From a virus (taxonomy: Duplodnaviria; Heunggongvirae; Uroviricota; Caudoviricetes): DNA of 64,000 bases. The DNA lies in the IMG/VR virus record IMGVR_UViG_3300007177_000114; one strand, given 5' to 3'. Below, piece after piece: positions 9,271-16,781 of this stretch; position 1 is the first letter of the stretch; each line of letters opens with the position of its first letter. Under the pieces are notes generated by a model. The model was not told the origin of the DNA. It worked only from the letters and a program-made list of their open reading frames with translations, and searched no databases. Made by a program: the position numbers and the translations under genes.

Positions 9271-9480
9271 TTAATTCTTATGCTTAGCGGCACAGGCCTG
9301 TGCCCATTCGATATTCTCTTGAATATTCTTTTCAAGAGCAATCTTTTGCTTCTTAGTGAGCTTGATATCCGGATTTTGCATCAGATCGCCGATTAGACCT
9401 TTCAGCCATCCGATGGCATAGTCCGAGCCAACGTCACACCTGAGAATATCGGTCAGTTCGTCGAGACGGTCACGGATCAT
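9271..9480 (-). CDS. hypothetical protein
   Basis: Start set at the ATG following the conserved leader (MIRDRL...); track ORF 9271..9501. Confidence 0.45.
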   Translation of the reverse strand: MIRDRLDELTDILRCDVGSDYAIGWLKGLIGDLMQNPDIKLTKKQKIALEKNIQENIEWAQACAAKHKN

Positions 9481-9507
9481 GTTTTGTCCCTCATTCATCA
9501 TAGTGTC

Positions 9508-9536
9508 TTTATACCACCTGGTTGGATTAAAGTCAA
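9508..9536 (-). promoter_or_regulatory. conserved early promoter, minus strand
   Basis: Reverse complement reads TTGACTTTAATCCAACCAGGTGGTATAAAG. Confidence 0.5.
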
Positions 9537-9905
9537 CCCAAGGAAATCAATGGGTTAGCGCTAAGTGGTTGATTTAATTACATAATATTTTTACAAAAAA
9601 ATTTAGCTAAACTTATCAATGGGTTAATTAGATCATCGTTTAAGTCGTGCTAGGTAGGCTTGGATGGGTTATCATACCGCTGAGGTGGCTTAGACTGCCG
9701 AGAACTGTCGTGAGCATCTAACCCATTGATATCATTGACTTTTATAAAACAGCTAACCTATTGAAAAGATTAGGTTTTATGCATATCCCTCATGGAACTG
9801 ATGTCGTCAGCTTACCGTTGGTGCAAAAAAGTTCAAAAAAGTTTTATAATCTTTTCAATGGGTTATGCCCATACTGATGCTAACCCATTGATATGTCACG
9901 GTTGA
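9536..9905. repeat. iteron/operator-like region A: multiple TCAATGGGTTA motifs in both orientations, including 26-bp palindromes
   Basis: Motif copies near 9550, 9617, 9662, 9723, 9752, 9852 and 9876; region is homologous to 26478..26880 and 42587..42950. Confidence 0.6.
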
Positions 9906-9930
9906 CTTTTAAACCAGGTTGCGGTATAAA
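9902..9930 (+). promoter_or_regulatory. conserved early promoter (TTGACTTTTAAACCAGGTTGCGGTATAAAG)
   Basis: -35 TTGACT at 9902-9907, 17-bp spacer, -10 TATAAA at 9925-9930; conserved leader GACTATGGACAAGGGATCAAACATG. Confidence 0.55.
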
Positions 9931-9954
9931 GAGACTATGGACAAGGGATCAAAC

Positions 9955-10179
9955 ATGACCGACTCTAGCGTTACGATCATTGAGTCTTACTGTGAATTTA
10001 ATGATCGGGTTACGGAAAATTTTTATGAAAATTTCACCCCAGATGATTGGTCTTACATCATCATTGCTGAGGATAAGGATGTTGCAATTAAGACTGCTGA
10101 AATGCTGCACCCTAGGGCAATTGATGTTGAGATTGCAAAGATCGGTGAAGAATTTTGGGTGGTAACTTACCATAGCTGA
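9955..10179 (+). CDS. hypothetical protein
   Basis: ATG at 9955 (MTDSSV...) preceded by AAGGGA; the MRYKETM prefix in the track is translated promoter sequence. Confidence 0.5.
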   Translation: MTDSSVTIIESYCEFNDRVTENFYENFTPDDWSYIIIAEDKDVAIKTAEMLHPRAIDVEIAKIGEEFWVVTYHS

Positions 10180-10188
10180 TTTTTCCCA

Positions 10189-10216
10189 TTGACATTTATC
10201 CTAGCCTGTGTATAAT
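10189..10216 (+). promoter_or_regulatory. sigma70-like promoter TTGACA-N16-TATAAT with conserved 28-nt leader (copy 1)
   Basis: TTGACATTTATCCTAGCCTGTGTATAATGGTTAGTGACCAAATAATGATGGTATAGG; a second copy lies at 28584..28640. Confidence 0.5.
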
Positions 10217-10347
10217 GGTTAGTGACCAAATAATGATGGTATAGGTAATGACTCGACAAGGTGATGCTAATGCCCGTTGGCTCCTGCTCCATGTACTGGT
10301 GGCAGGTCTGTTTGCCTTTACCATGGTTCTGATCGGAGGTATCTGAT

Positions 10348-10617
10348 ATGGCTAGGAAAACGTTTAACGTTGTAGAATTTAAGGAGCTGGTAAACAGCAC
10401 TCTTGCAAGTACACCTGAAGATGCAGTACAGTATAGACATGGTGTTATTGCTTGTCTAGAGTTTATTTTGCATGATACTGGCAATTATAAGGGATTTCGG
10501 TATCTCACTGCGGCTGAAGTGCCATATGGATTGCCGGGTATCAATGGACCGATTGAAGATCTTTCCTATGAAGAAAGGTTTGCAAACACCGACTCCACCA
10601 GGCGTGCATACAAATAA
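10348..10617 (+). CDS. hypothetical protein
   Basis: 89-aa ORF with GGAGGTATCTGATATG RBS. Confidence 0.5.
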   Translation: MARKTFNVVEFKELVNSTLASTPEDAVQYRHGVIACLEFILHDTGNYKGFRYLTAAEVPYGLPGINGPIEDLSYEERFANTDSTRRAYK

Positions 10618-10620
10618 ATG

Positions 10621-10648
10621 TTGACTTTATAAAGATACCTAATATAAA
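10621..10648 (+). promoter_or_regulatory. early promoter TTGACT-N16-TATAAA
   Basis: TTGACTTTATAAAGATACCTAATATAAAG upstream of the 10675 ORF. Confidence 0.4.
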
Positions 10649-10674
10649 GATCTTATACAAACAAGGAGACTAAA

Positions 10675-10851
10675 ATGCGCTATATCACTTATCAGATTGA
10701 AGATGCCAGGTCTTGGCTTGATATCGGTTCTGCAGAGGAAGGTACCTCTACTTCTGCTATGCTGTTTGAACTGCGTAATCTTAAGAATCGTTATCCAGAT
10801 CGTCGAGTTCGTTGCATTGATCCGGATGGTCGACTTCTAGATATGATGTAA
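10675..10851 (+). CDS. hypothetical small protein (58 aa)
   Basis: AAGGAG RBS 7 nt upstream of ATG; MRYITYQIEDARSWLDIG...; not in the track (under 60 aa). Confidence 0.4.
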   Translation: MRYITYQIEDARSWLDIGSAEEGTSTSAMLFELRNLKNRYPDRRVRCIDPDGRLLDMM

Positions 10852-11047
10852 TGTATAATTACACTTATAATAAATGTAGAATTCTACCTGCTAAACATGC
10901 ATGGGACATAATTTTAGAACATCAATGTTCTAGTTTACGACATGATATTTGTAGACGTACACATCTAGAGCTAGATATAATATATCAGTGCATTGATATT
11001 ATCAATGATGAGGATATAGAATAAATATCCGAAAAAGGATATTTTTT

Positions 11048-11758
11048 ATGCTTACATTCAGAGAATTTATAAATGAAGACTTAGAAAAAGTTGGCGATCA
11101 ACTTGGATCAAATCCTGGTGGTGTTTATAAGAACAAAAAGACTGGTGAAAAACACTATGTCAAGTTCTATAAAAATGGCGACCAGGCTAAATCTGAAGCA
11201 TTGACTGCCAAAATACATGAACACATGGGTATTCATACTCTTAAGCCAGAGTATAAGAATATTGATGGAAAACATGCTGTAGTCACTGGTTGGAATGATA
11301 AACTAGAAAAAATGAAACCCCATCACTTTGAGGGGTTGACAAAAGATCAACAAAATGATATAGGTAAGATGTATCATGCAGCAATTCTCACTAAGAATTG
11401 GGATATTGTTGGTCTAGATCATGATAATATTGAACGACATAAAGAAACTGGTAAACTACATTCAGTAGATGCTGGTGGTACATTTAACTTTAGAGCCCAG
11501 GGTGGGCATAAAGATTACGGTTCTGATATAGATGAAAAACATTCACTAATCTCTAGACCAGGAGAAGCTTCAACTCACGTTTTTTCTCATGTCTTTAAGC
11601 AGAATCCCGAGGCTAAAAAGCATGGATTAGATATAGTCAGAAAGATTGATATGAACCACGTAAAGGGTCTATTTAAATCTTCTGGCCTTCATAATCATGA
11701 AGAACTATATAATAATTTTGCTAAGCGTAGGGAAAAGCTATTGAAAGATGAGGATTAA
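11048..11758 (+). CDS. hypothetical protein with atypical kinase-like motifs
   Basis: 236 aa; LDHDNIERH ... KLHSVDAGG resembles catalytic-loop and DxG motifs of atypical kinase folds; tentative. Confidence 0.5.
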   Translation: MLTFREFINEDLEKVGDQLGSNPGGVYKNKKTGEKHYVKFYKNGDQAKSEALTAKIHEHMGIHTLKPEYKNIDGKHAVVTGWNDKLEKMKPHHFEGLTKDQQNDIGKMYHAAILTKNWDIVGLDHDNIERHKETGKLHSVDAGGTFNFRAQGGHKDYGSDIDEKHSLISRPGEASTHVFSHVFKQNPEAKKHGLDIVRKIDMNHVKGLFKSSGLHNHEELYNNFAKRREKLLKDED

Positions 11759-12063
11759 TGTGGATTTGTTTTAATGATGGATTTGTTTCTGTAGTTAAAG
11801 ATAAGCTTAATATAGACGATTTGGTTATTAGAGCTAGACGTAAAGAGATTTTGGAAAGACTTTTTCCAGATCGAGAAATTACCGTTCTTGGGGTTGCAGA
11901 TTATAAGTATAGGACTTACTGCAGTAAAGAAGAATGGTCAAACATTTTGGTTGACAGAGTTTCGGATATAGAGTATACTAACTTTAAGGATTCCACAACC
12001 GATCACGACTTACATGATTTATATGGTGAGATGTGGATGCTTCATTATCAATATCAACGCTAA
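11758..12063 (+). CDS. hypothetical protein
   Basis: ATGTGG start overlaps the upstream stop; 101 aa. Confidence 0.5.
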   Translation: MWICFNDGFVSVVKDKLNIDDLVIRARRKEILERLFPDREITVLGVADYKYRTYCSKEEWSNILVDRVSDIEYTNFKDSTTDHDLHDLYGEMWMLHYQYQR

Positions 12064-12126
12064 GATCAAAAAAATGTGTTGACAAACAAACTTTTTGGTT
12101 TAAAATGTTCAAATAATGATGAAGGA

Positions 12127-12348
12127 ATGATAAATATGGCTACTGAATCCAAAATTAATATGCTTTTTCGGGCTTTACTTGATCGTTCGGAGTCTTTGAC
12201 TGCACGACAAATTGCTGCTCGATATAGGATTTCCAATCCTTATGATCTAATTTATCGCCTTCGTAATGAAGGGATTAAAATTGAACGGCTAAAAACGACA
12301 AATAGTCGTGGTAAAATTGTATATCGCTATTCTTGGGGTGGAGTTTAA
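12127..12348 (+). CDS. small helix-turn-helix DNA-binding protein
   Basis: AAGGAA RBS; SLTARQIAARYRISNPYDLIYRLRNEGIKIE looks like an HTH/winged-helix; driven by TTGACA-N17-TAAAAT at 12084. Confidence 0.5.
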   Translation: MINMATESKINMLFRALLDRSESLTARQIAARYRISNPYDLIYRLRNEGIKIERLKTTNSRGKIVYRYSWGGV

Positions 12349-12395
12349 ACTCCACTTTCTTGATCTTTTATAATTGAATATGTAAAAAAGTTTAT

Positions 12396-12468
12396 GGGTG
12401 ATGGTAGCTAAGTGACTAGCTATTCACTAGCCGAAAGTAGGTATGCTAAGACTTCCTACCACCCATAA
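12396..12468 (+). other. tRNA-like structured element, unresolved
   Basis: GGGTGAT...ATCACCCA ends could form an acceptor-like helix and there is a GTAGG/CCTAC stem, but I could not obtain a canonical cloverleaf. Confidence 0.2.
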
Positions 12469-12471
12469 TAT

Positions 12472-12543
12472 GGACCGGTAGCTCAGAGGCAGAGCAGGTG
12501 GCTCTTAACCATCAGGTCGAGATTTCGAAATTCTCTCGGTCCT
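12472..12543 (+). tRNA. tRNA-Lys(CTT)
   Basis: Manual cloverleaf: acceptor GGACCGG/TCGGTCC, D arm GCTC-AGAGGCA-GAGC, anticodon loop CTCTTAA, T arm GAGAT-TTCGAAA-TTCTC. Confidence 0.7.
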
Positions 12544-12553
12544 CATAAGCACC

Positions 12554-12611
12554 TCGATTATATAAATAGCAATGACAATAAGACTATTATATAATCGAGG
12601 GTTAGCACAAC
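12554..12611 (+). promoter_or_regulatory. RBS-occluding hairpin containing a T4-type late promoter box (TATAAATA at 12561-12568) upstream of the GIY-YIG gene
   Basis: CCTCGATTATATAA...TTATATAATCGAGG inverted repeat; the GAGG Shine-Dalgarno lies in the 3' arm; conserved with 21855..21913. Confidence 0.55.
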
Positions 12612-13154
12612 ATGTACTATACTATTTATAAAATTACTAATAAACTTAACGGCAACTTTTATATCGGTAAACATAAGACCAAGAATCTAGATGATGGTTA
12701 TATGGGGTCCGGTAAACTTATTAGGGCAGCCATAAATAAATATGGTATTGAAAATTTTGAGAAAGAAATACTTGAAATTTTTGATACTGAAGAAGAAATG
12801 AATGAAGCCGAAAAAAGATATGTTGTTCTAGGTGAAGGAAGTTATAATCTTTGCCCTGGTGGGCAAGGTGGTTGGGGTTATATTAACCAAAATAATTTGG
12901 GTGGTACTTTAGGTAAAAAACACTCCAATGAAACTAAAACTAAAATAGCTTTATCTGTTAAAAATATTATGTTAAACGAAAGAAGATATGAATTAACTTC
13001 CTGGTGTTTAAAAAATGGGAATGGAATGTTAGGTAAAAAACATTCCCACGAAACTAAGGCTAAAATGTCAGGACCACGTGGAAAATATAACGTTAACAAA
13101 GCTGGTATTAAACGTGGTCCATATAAAAAGAAAAATATAGAATATTCCTCGTGA
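12612..13154 (+). CDS. GIY-YIG homing endonuclease (Seg-like)
   Basis: N-terminal YYTIYKITNKLNGNFYIGKH (GIY-YIG motif); paralog at 21914..22567; the stop lies inside the 5' end of the downstream tRNA. Confidence 0.8.
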   Translation: MYYTIYKITNKLNGNFYIGKHKTKNLDDGYMGSGKLIRAAINKYGIENFEKEILEIFDTEEEMNEAEKRYVVLGEGSYNLCPGGQGGWGYINQNNLGGTLGKKHSNETKTKIALSVKNIMLNERRYELTSWCLKNGNGMLGKKHSHETKAKMSGPRGKYNVNKAGIKRGPYKKKNIEYSS

Positions 13155-13222
13155 TCCGAGCAAGCGAACGGACCCGGCTGTTAACCGGAGTTTGCCAGGG
13201 GCGGTACCTGGACGAGGAGCCA
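13146..13222 (+). tRNA. tRNA-Asn(GTT), noncanonical T-loop
   Basis: Acceptor TCCTCGT/ACGAGGA with G discriminator and encoded CCA; D arm TCCG...CGGA; anticodon loop CTGTTAA; T arm CCAGG-GGCGGTA-CCTGG (no TTC). Confidence 0.5.
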
Positions 13223-13324
13223 ATTAAAGAACGGCGCAACTTAGTCTACCCGATTAATTGCCGGATATAGTAGGGTAGAGTCCTTCGATGGTAAGCTGGC
13301 TTTGTCCCGTTCTTTAACTCACAT

Positions 13325-13401
13325 GCTCCCTTAACCCAACGGGTAGAGGTAGGAGACTTAAAATCTCTTCAGTATCAGTTCGAATCTGATAGGGAGTACC
13401 A
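13325..13401 (+). tRNA. tRNA with anticodon TAA (Leu-type) but class-I length; D arm irregular
   Basis: Acceptor GCTCCCT/AGGGAGT (G-U first pair), anticodon arm GGAGA-CTTAAAA-TCTCT, T arm ATCAG-TTCGAAT-CTGAT, A discriminator, CCA encoded. Confidence 0.4.
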
Positions 13402-13570
13402 CTTTGGATCAGTAGCGTATAGGTCAGGCAAGTGCTACCACCGGGCTTTTAATCCGGCCGCAAGGGGAGCGTTACCTCACTGATCCTCCACTAAAGACAA
13501 GCGTAGAATGCAAATGAGTAGAGGATGACACTCATTATTGCCGTGCGATACGGCTAGTCTTATACTTTAA

Positions 13571-13646
13571 TGACCTGTAGCTCAATTGGGAGAGCACAGT
13601 CCTGATAAGACTGAAGTAGTTGGATCGAAACCAACCAGGTCAACCA
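13571..13646 (+). tRNA. tRNA-Ile(GAT)
   Basis: Acceptor TGACCTG/CAGGTCA, D arm GCTC-AATTGGGA-GAGC, anticodon arm CAGTC-CTGATAA-GACTG, T arm GTTGG-ATCGAAA-CCAAC, CCA encoded. Confidence 0.75.
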
Positions 13647-13649
13647 TTT

Positions 13650-13727
13650 GCGGTAGTCTTCTAATTGGCTTAGGAACCCTGATTTTCACTCAGGCCAATG
13701 CGGGTTCGAGTCCCGTCTACCGCACCA
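13650..13727 (+). tRNA. tRNA-Glu(TTC)
   Basis: Acceptor GCGGTAG/CTACCGC, anticodon arm CCTGA-TTTTCAC-TCAGG, T arm GCGGG-TTCGAGT-CCCGT, CCA encoded. Confidence 0.6.
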
Positions 13728-13733
13728 AGTTTT

Positions 13734-13809
13734 GCTGAGTTAGCACAATTGGTAGTGCAATCGCCTTGTAAGCGATAGGTTGGGGATTCGATTTCCTCAC
13801 TCAGCACCA
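13734..13809 (+). tRNA. tRNA-Thr(TGT)
   Basis: Acceptor GCTGAGT/ACTCAGC, D arm GCAC-AATTGGTA-GTGC, anticodon arm ATCGC-CTTGTAA-GCGAT, T arm GGGGA-TTCGATT-TCCTC, CCA. Confidence 0.75.
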
Positions 13810-13862
13810 AATAGAGGTTGACAAACCTTTCGATTAGTGATATAAAATTATATAATTTCTAT

Positions 13863-13958
13863 GGTCCTGTAGCTCAATGGTAAGAGCGGAGAGCTTATAC
13901 CTCTCGTATGCACTAGATTGGTGCGCGGTTGGCGGTTCGAGTCCGTCCAGGACTACCA
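13863..13958 (+). tRNA. class-II (long variable arm) tRNA; anticodon reads TAT; identity unclear
   Basis: Acceptor GGTCCTG/CAGGACT, D arm GCTC-AATGGTAA-GAGC, anticodon arm GAGAG-CTTATAC-CTCTC, about 25-nt extra arm with GCAC/GTGC stem, T arm GGCGG-TTCGAGT-CCGTC, CCA. Confidence 0.45.
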
Positions 13959-13971
13959 AAATTTAAATAAT

Positions 13972-14047
13972 GCTCTTGTAGTCTAACCGGAAAGGCAACA
14001 GTCTTCTAAACTGTCCTATGGTGGTTCGAGTCCGCCCAAGAGCACCA
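13972..14047 (+). tRNA. tRNA-Arg(TCT)
   Basis: Acceptor GCTCTTG/CAAGAGC, anticodon arm ACAGT-CTTCTAA-ACTGT, T arm GGTGG-TTCGAGT-CCGCC, CCA. Confidence 0.75.
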
Positions 14048-14178
14048 CTTTCAAGTACTAGTCAGAGTAAATAGGGCACCTGACTTCAAGATGACTGCTG
14101 GTATAACCGTTAAATCCCACCTATGGGAAGTAGGGCTCTGGTACTTGATTATCCTATAATTAGAAAGGAATATATATT

Positions 14179-14739
14179 ATGTCCTTCAACGTTCATGATT
14201 CATATAAGGATCTGAGTGTAGAAGAATTGAAAAAGCTATCGGATACAACTCGACTCCCATATTCAATTTGTCTGCTTAATTTAGATCATGATCTAAATAT
14301 TGGGAATTGTATTCGTACAGCTCATATTTTTGGTGCTCAAAAGGTTTTTATCTTTGGTAAGCGTCGATATGATTTGAGATCAACAGTTGGTGCTAATCAT
14401 TATACTAATATCATCAAGCATGATTTTGCAGAACTCACAAGTGATGAAGTTATCGTTGCTGAATTTGAAAAGATGATTCGTGAAAATGATCTGCAACCAC
14501 TTCTAGTTGATAAGACAGAAAAATCTGTTGATATAAATGGTATGTTTGATTATTATGATTATACAAGGAACGGATATCCATGCTTGGTTTTCGGGAATGA
14601 AAATTCCGGAATCCCAACATGCTTGACGGATAAATATCCTTGCTTTCATATTCGTCAACGTGGAGTAATTCGTTCACTAAATGTTGCATCTGCTGCTGCA
14701 GTTGCAATGTACGAATTCTCTAAATATATAGAAGAATAA
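14179..14739 (+). CDS. SpoU/TrmH-family RNA 2'-O-methyltransferase
   Basis: Motifs NIGNCIRTAHIFG, VFGNENSGIP and SLNVASAAAVAMYEF (SPOUT class); embedded in the tRNA cluster. Confidence 0.7.
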   Translation: MSFNVHDSYKDLSVEELKKLSDTTRLPYSICLLNLDHDLNIGNCIRTAHIFGAQKVFIFGKRRYDLRSTVGANHYTNIIKHDFAELTSDEVIVAEFEKMIRENDLQPLLVDKTEKSVDINGMFDYYDYTRNGYPCLVFGNENSGIPTCLTDKYPCFHIRQRGVIRSLNVASAAAVAMYEFSKYIEE

Positions 14740-14813
14740 GCGGAATTGGCGTAAAGGTAGCGTCTTTGGCTTCCACCCAAAAGGCACGAGTTCGAATCTC
14801 GTATTCCGCACCA
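14740..14813 (+). tRNA. tRNA-Gly(TCC)
   Basis: Acceptor GCGGAAT/ATTCCGC, anticodon arm TTTGG-CTTCCAC-CCAAA, T arm ACGAG-TTCGAAT-CTCGT, CCA. Confidence 0.65.
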
Positions 14814-14814
14814 C

Positions 14815-15147
14815 TGACAAGTACATCGTGAGGTGCTAGTTATCGGGCAAATTTGAACAAACGATAACCTACCACATAATATCAGCTGTAAAAGTGGATA
14901 GCGATGTACTTAAGAGACCCGATCTCTATCTGTATAGCAATTGGTGGCTTGACTTGGTCAGTCAAGATATTGTGGGCTAACCACCTACAGCCAAGTATAT
15001 TGGTTTAGATCGGTATTGATTGATTCTTAGGCTCGTGTGCGGGGCAGCTGCAGTAAACGACCTGCTAACCTTGTGGATCCAAGAAGATTTAGACGGCTCG
15101 AGCTCCGGCTAAAGTGAGGAACATAGCAAACCTAAGAATCATACAGT
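14815..15147 (+). ncRNA. ORF-free structured region (candidate stable RNA), about 330 nt
   Basis: Long-range complement AGTACATCG (14826) / CGATGTACT (14908); nested hairpins CTTGACT-TGGTC-AGTCAAG, GGTGG...CCACC, GCAGCTGC and GCTCGAGC; no canonical tRNA fold. Confidence 0.3.
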
Positions 15148-15148
15148 T

Positions 15149-15223
15149 GCAGGGTAGAGGAGTCCGGTCGTCCTCGCCTGGTTCATACCCAGGAAATCGT
15201 GGGTTCAAATCCCGCCTCTGCTA
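15149..15223 (+). tRNA. tRNA-Met(CAT), possibly initiator-like (mismatched first pair)
   Basis: Anticodon arm CCTGG-TTCATAC-CCAGG, D arm GAGG...CCTC, T arm GTGGG-TTCAAAT-CCCGC, acceptor GCAGGG/CTCTGC with an unpaired first position; no CCA. Confidence 0.5.
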
Positions 15224-15224
15224 C

Positions 15225-15296
15225 GCCTTCGGATCAAGTGGTCTCGGTCGTCTCATAAGCGACTAGATTGTGGAGCGTTACCACACGAAGGCACCA
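15225..15296 (+). tRNA. tRNA with anticodon CAT (Met or Ile2), atypical T-loop
   Basis: Perfect acceptor GCCTTCG/CGAAGGC plus A and CCA; anticodon arm GTCGT-CTCATAA-GCGAC; T arm TGTGG-AGCGTTA-CCACA; short D arm. Confidence 0.5.
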
Positions 15297-15321
15297 ATTT
15301 GTTTATCTAGGATAATATAAT

Positions 15322-16017
15322 ATGAGTGTGGTTAGATTTTTTTTAGACGACTTGTTTACAACAGATAGTTCAGAATATGATATTTTACACAGAGCTGTTT
15401 TGCAGTGTAAAAATACACCTGGTGCTATAGTTGAAATAGGTACTAGAATGGGTGGTTCTGCCAGAATTATCATCGACAGTTTAGTACATAATTCTGATAC
15501 AGATAGGTCAATGTTCTGTATTGACCCTTATGGAAATATTGAGTATATTAGCACAAATTTTAATATAACTCAACACTATCCAGGCACACCAGTTTCAGGT
15601 GATCCTACTTCTAAAGATATAACTCAACCCATTAGACTTGACTATTCTAATGAAATGAGGAATAAAATTATTCCTTCACTGTATTATTATGCCTTTAGCA
15701 AAGGTATTAATTTTACTTTCTTTTGTATGGAAGACAGTGAATTTTTTAATAGATTTAGTGATGGTGTTCCCGTCTATAATCAGTTTAAAAAGTTAGAAAA
15801 TCAATATGCATTTGTTTTCTTTGACGGCCCTCATCACAATGAGGCAGTTAAATTAGAAACTAAATTCTTTGTAGAAAGATCCACTATCGGTACTGTTTTT
15901 GTTGCAGATGATATTTGGATGTATAATCATAATTTATTTGAAAAAATAATTTTTGAACACGGTTTTACAGTCCTTGAAAAAGGAAATATTAAAGCTTCTT
16001 ATAAGAAAACATCTTAA
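15322..16017 (+). CDS. class I SAM-dependent methyltransferase
   Basis: Motif I VEIGTRMGGSA; 231 aa; AGGATAATATAATATG upstream. Confidence 0.6.
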   Translation: MSVVRFFLDDLFTTDSSEYDILHRAVLQCKNTPGAIVEIGTRMGGSARIIIDSLVHNSDTDRSMFCIDPYGNIEYISTNFNITQHYPGTPVSGDPTSKDITQPIRLDYSNEMRNKIIPSLYYYAFSKGINFTFFCMEDSEFFNRFSDGVPVYNQFKKLENQYAFVFFDGPHHNEAVKLETKFFVERSTIGTVFVADDIWMYNHNLFEKIIFEHGFTVLEKGNIKASYKKTS

Positions 16018-16027
16018 GGTTTAAATT

Positions 16028-16660
16028 ATGCTTGAAACATGTTGCGATTTAATGGTAGAGGCCTATGAAAAAGGTCTAATGACTTCTAGAGATGGAAATG
16101 TATCCCTTAGATACAAGGGTCAAGATTATTTCTATCTTTCACCGACTGATATGCGAAAACAAACACTAAAACCTGATCAATTTAAAAAGTTATCAACTTC
16201 GTTAAAAGAAGATAGATCGCCAATTGTTTTACCTTATACTAATATTTCTTTTGGTTTAAAACCTTCTGGTGAATTTCCGTTACATTATATGCTTCAACGA
16301 ATTATTCCTACTGATTGGGAAACTCGAGTTGTAATGCATACACATTCAACCTATACAGTTGCAGCAATGCATGCTGGTTTAGAACTACATAGACTTAAAG
16401 ATCATTTTCCAGAAATTGCAAGATATACTAAAGTTGCTAAAAGCACAAATGATGTGCCGCCTATTTCATGGGATTTAGCTGAAGCCTGTATGGAAAACAT
16501 GAAATTGGATATGCACACAGGTGAAACTGAATTCAATATCGTGGGTATTAAAGGTCATGGTGTTGTATCAGTAGATAAGACTCCTTGGAGAGCTTATGAA
16601 CATATAGAGAGATTAGAACATATTTGCAAGATTATTTTGATCTCAGGTAAAGGAATTTAA
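16028..16660 (+). CDS. class II aldolase/adducin-family protein (MtnB/FucA-like)
   Basis: RDGNVSLRYKG and zinc-binding MHTHSTYTVAAMH motifs; 210 aa. Confidence 0.55.
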   Translation: MLETCCDLMVEAYEKGLMTSRDGNVSLRYKGQDYFYLSPTDMRKQTLKPDQFKKLSTSLKEDRSPIVLPYTNISFGLKPSGEFPLHYMLQRIIPTDWETRVVMHTHSTYTVAAMHAGLELHRLKDHFPEIARYTKVAKSTNDVPPISWDLAEACMENMKLDMHTGETEFNIVGIKGHGVVSVDKTPWRAYEHIERLEHICKIILISGKGI

Positions 16661-16694
16661 TTGACAGTATAAATATACTGTGATATATTATCCA

Positions 16695-16745
16695 AATAAT
16701 GGGGAGGCTGCTCCGACGGTGGTGGGGCGGCGGTCTGAAAACCGT
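16695..16745 (+). pseudogene. truncated tRNA-like 5' fragment (acceptor, D arm and Phe-type anticodon arm; no T arm)
   Basis: GGGGAGGCTGCTCC...GCGGT-CTGAAAA-ACCGT then directly the late-promoter/hairpin of the HNH gene; looks like a tRNA gene disrupted by insertion. Confidence 0.25.
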
Positions 16746-16749
16746 TTTA

Positions 16750-16774
16750 TATAAATACTCCTATAATAAGGAGT
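16750..16774 (+). promoter_or_regulatory. late promoter box TATAAATA plus RBS-sequestering hairpin CTCCT-ATAATA-AGGAG
   Basis: TATAAATA at 16750-16757; the AAGGAG Shine-Dalgarno of the HNH gene forms the 3' arm of the hairpin. Confidence 0.5.
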
Positions 16775-16781
16775 GTTACAT

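Noticed and set aside
13150-13330. tmRNA, suggested by GGGGCGGTACCTGGACGAGG and a TTCGAAT...ACCA 3' end
   Set aside because: The putative 5' and 3' acceptor strands do not pair (no CCGCCCC near the 3' end). The region resolves instead into tRNA-Asn, an unresolved about 100-nt element and a short tRNA.
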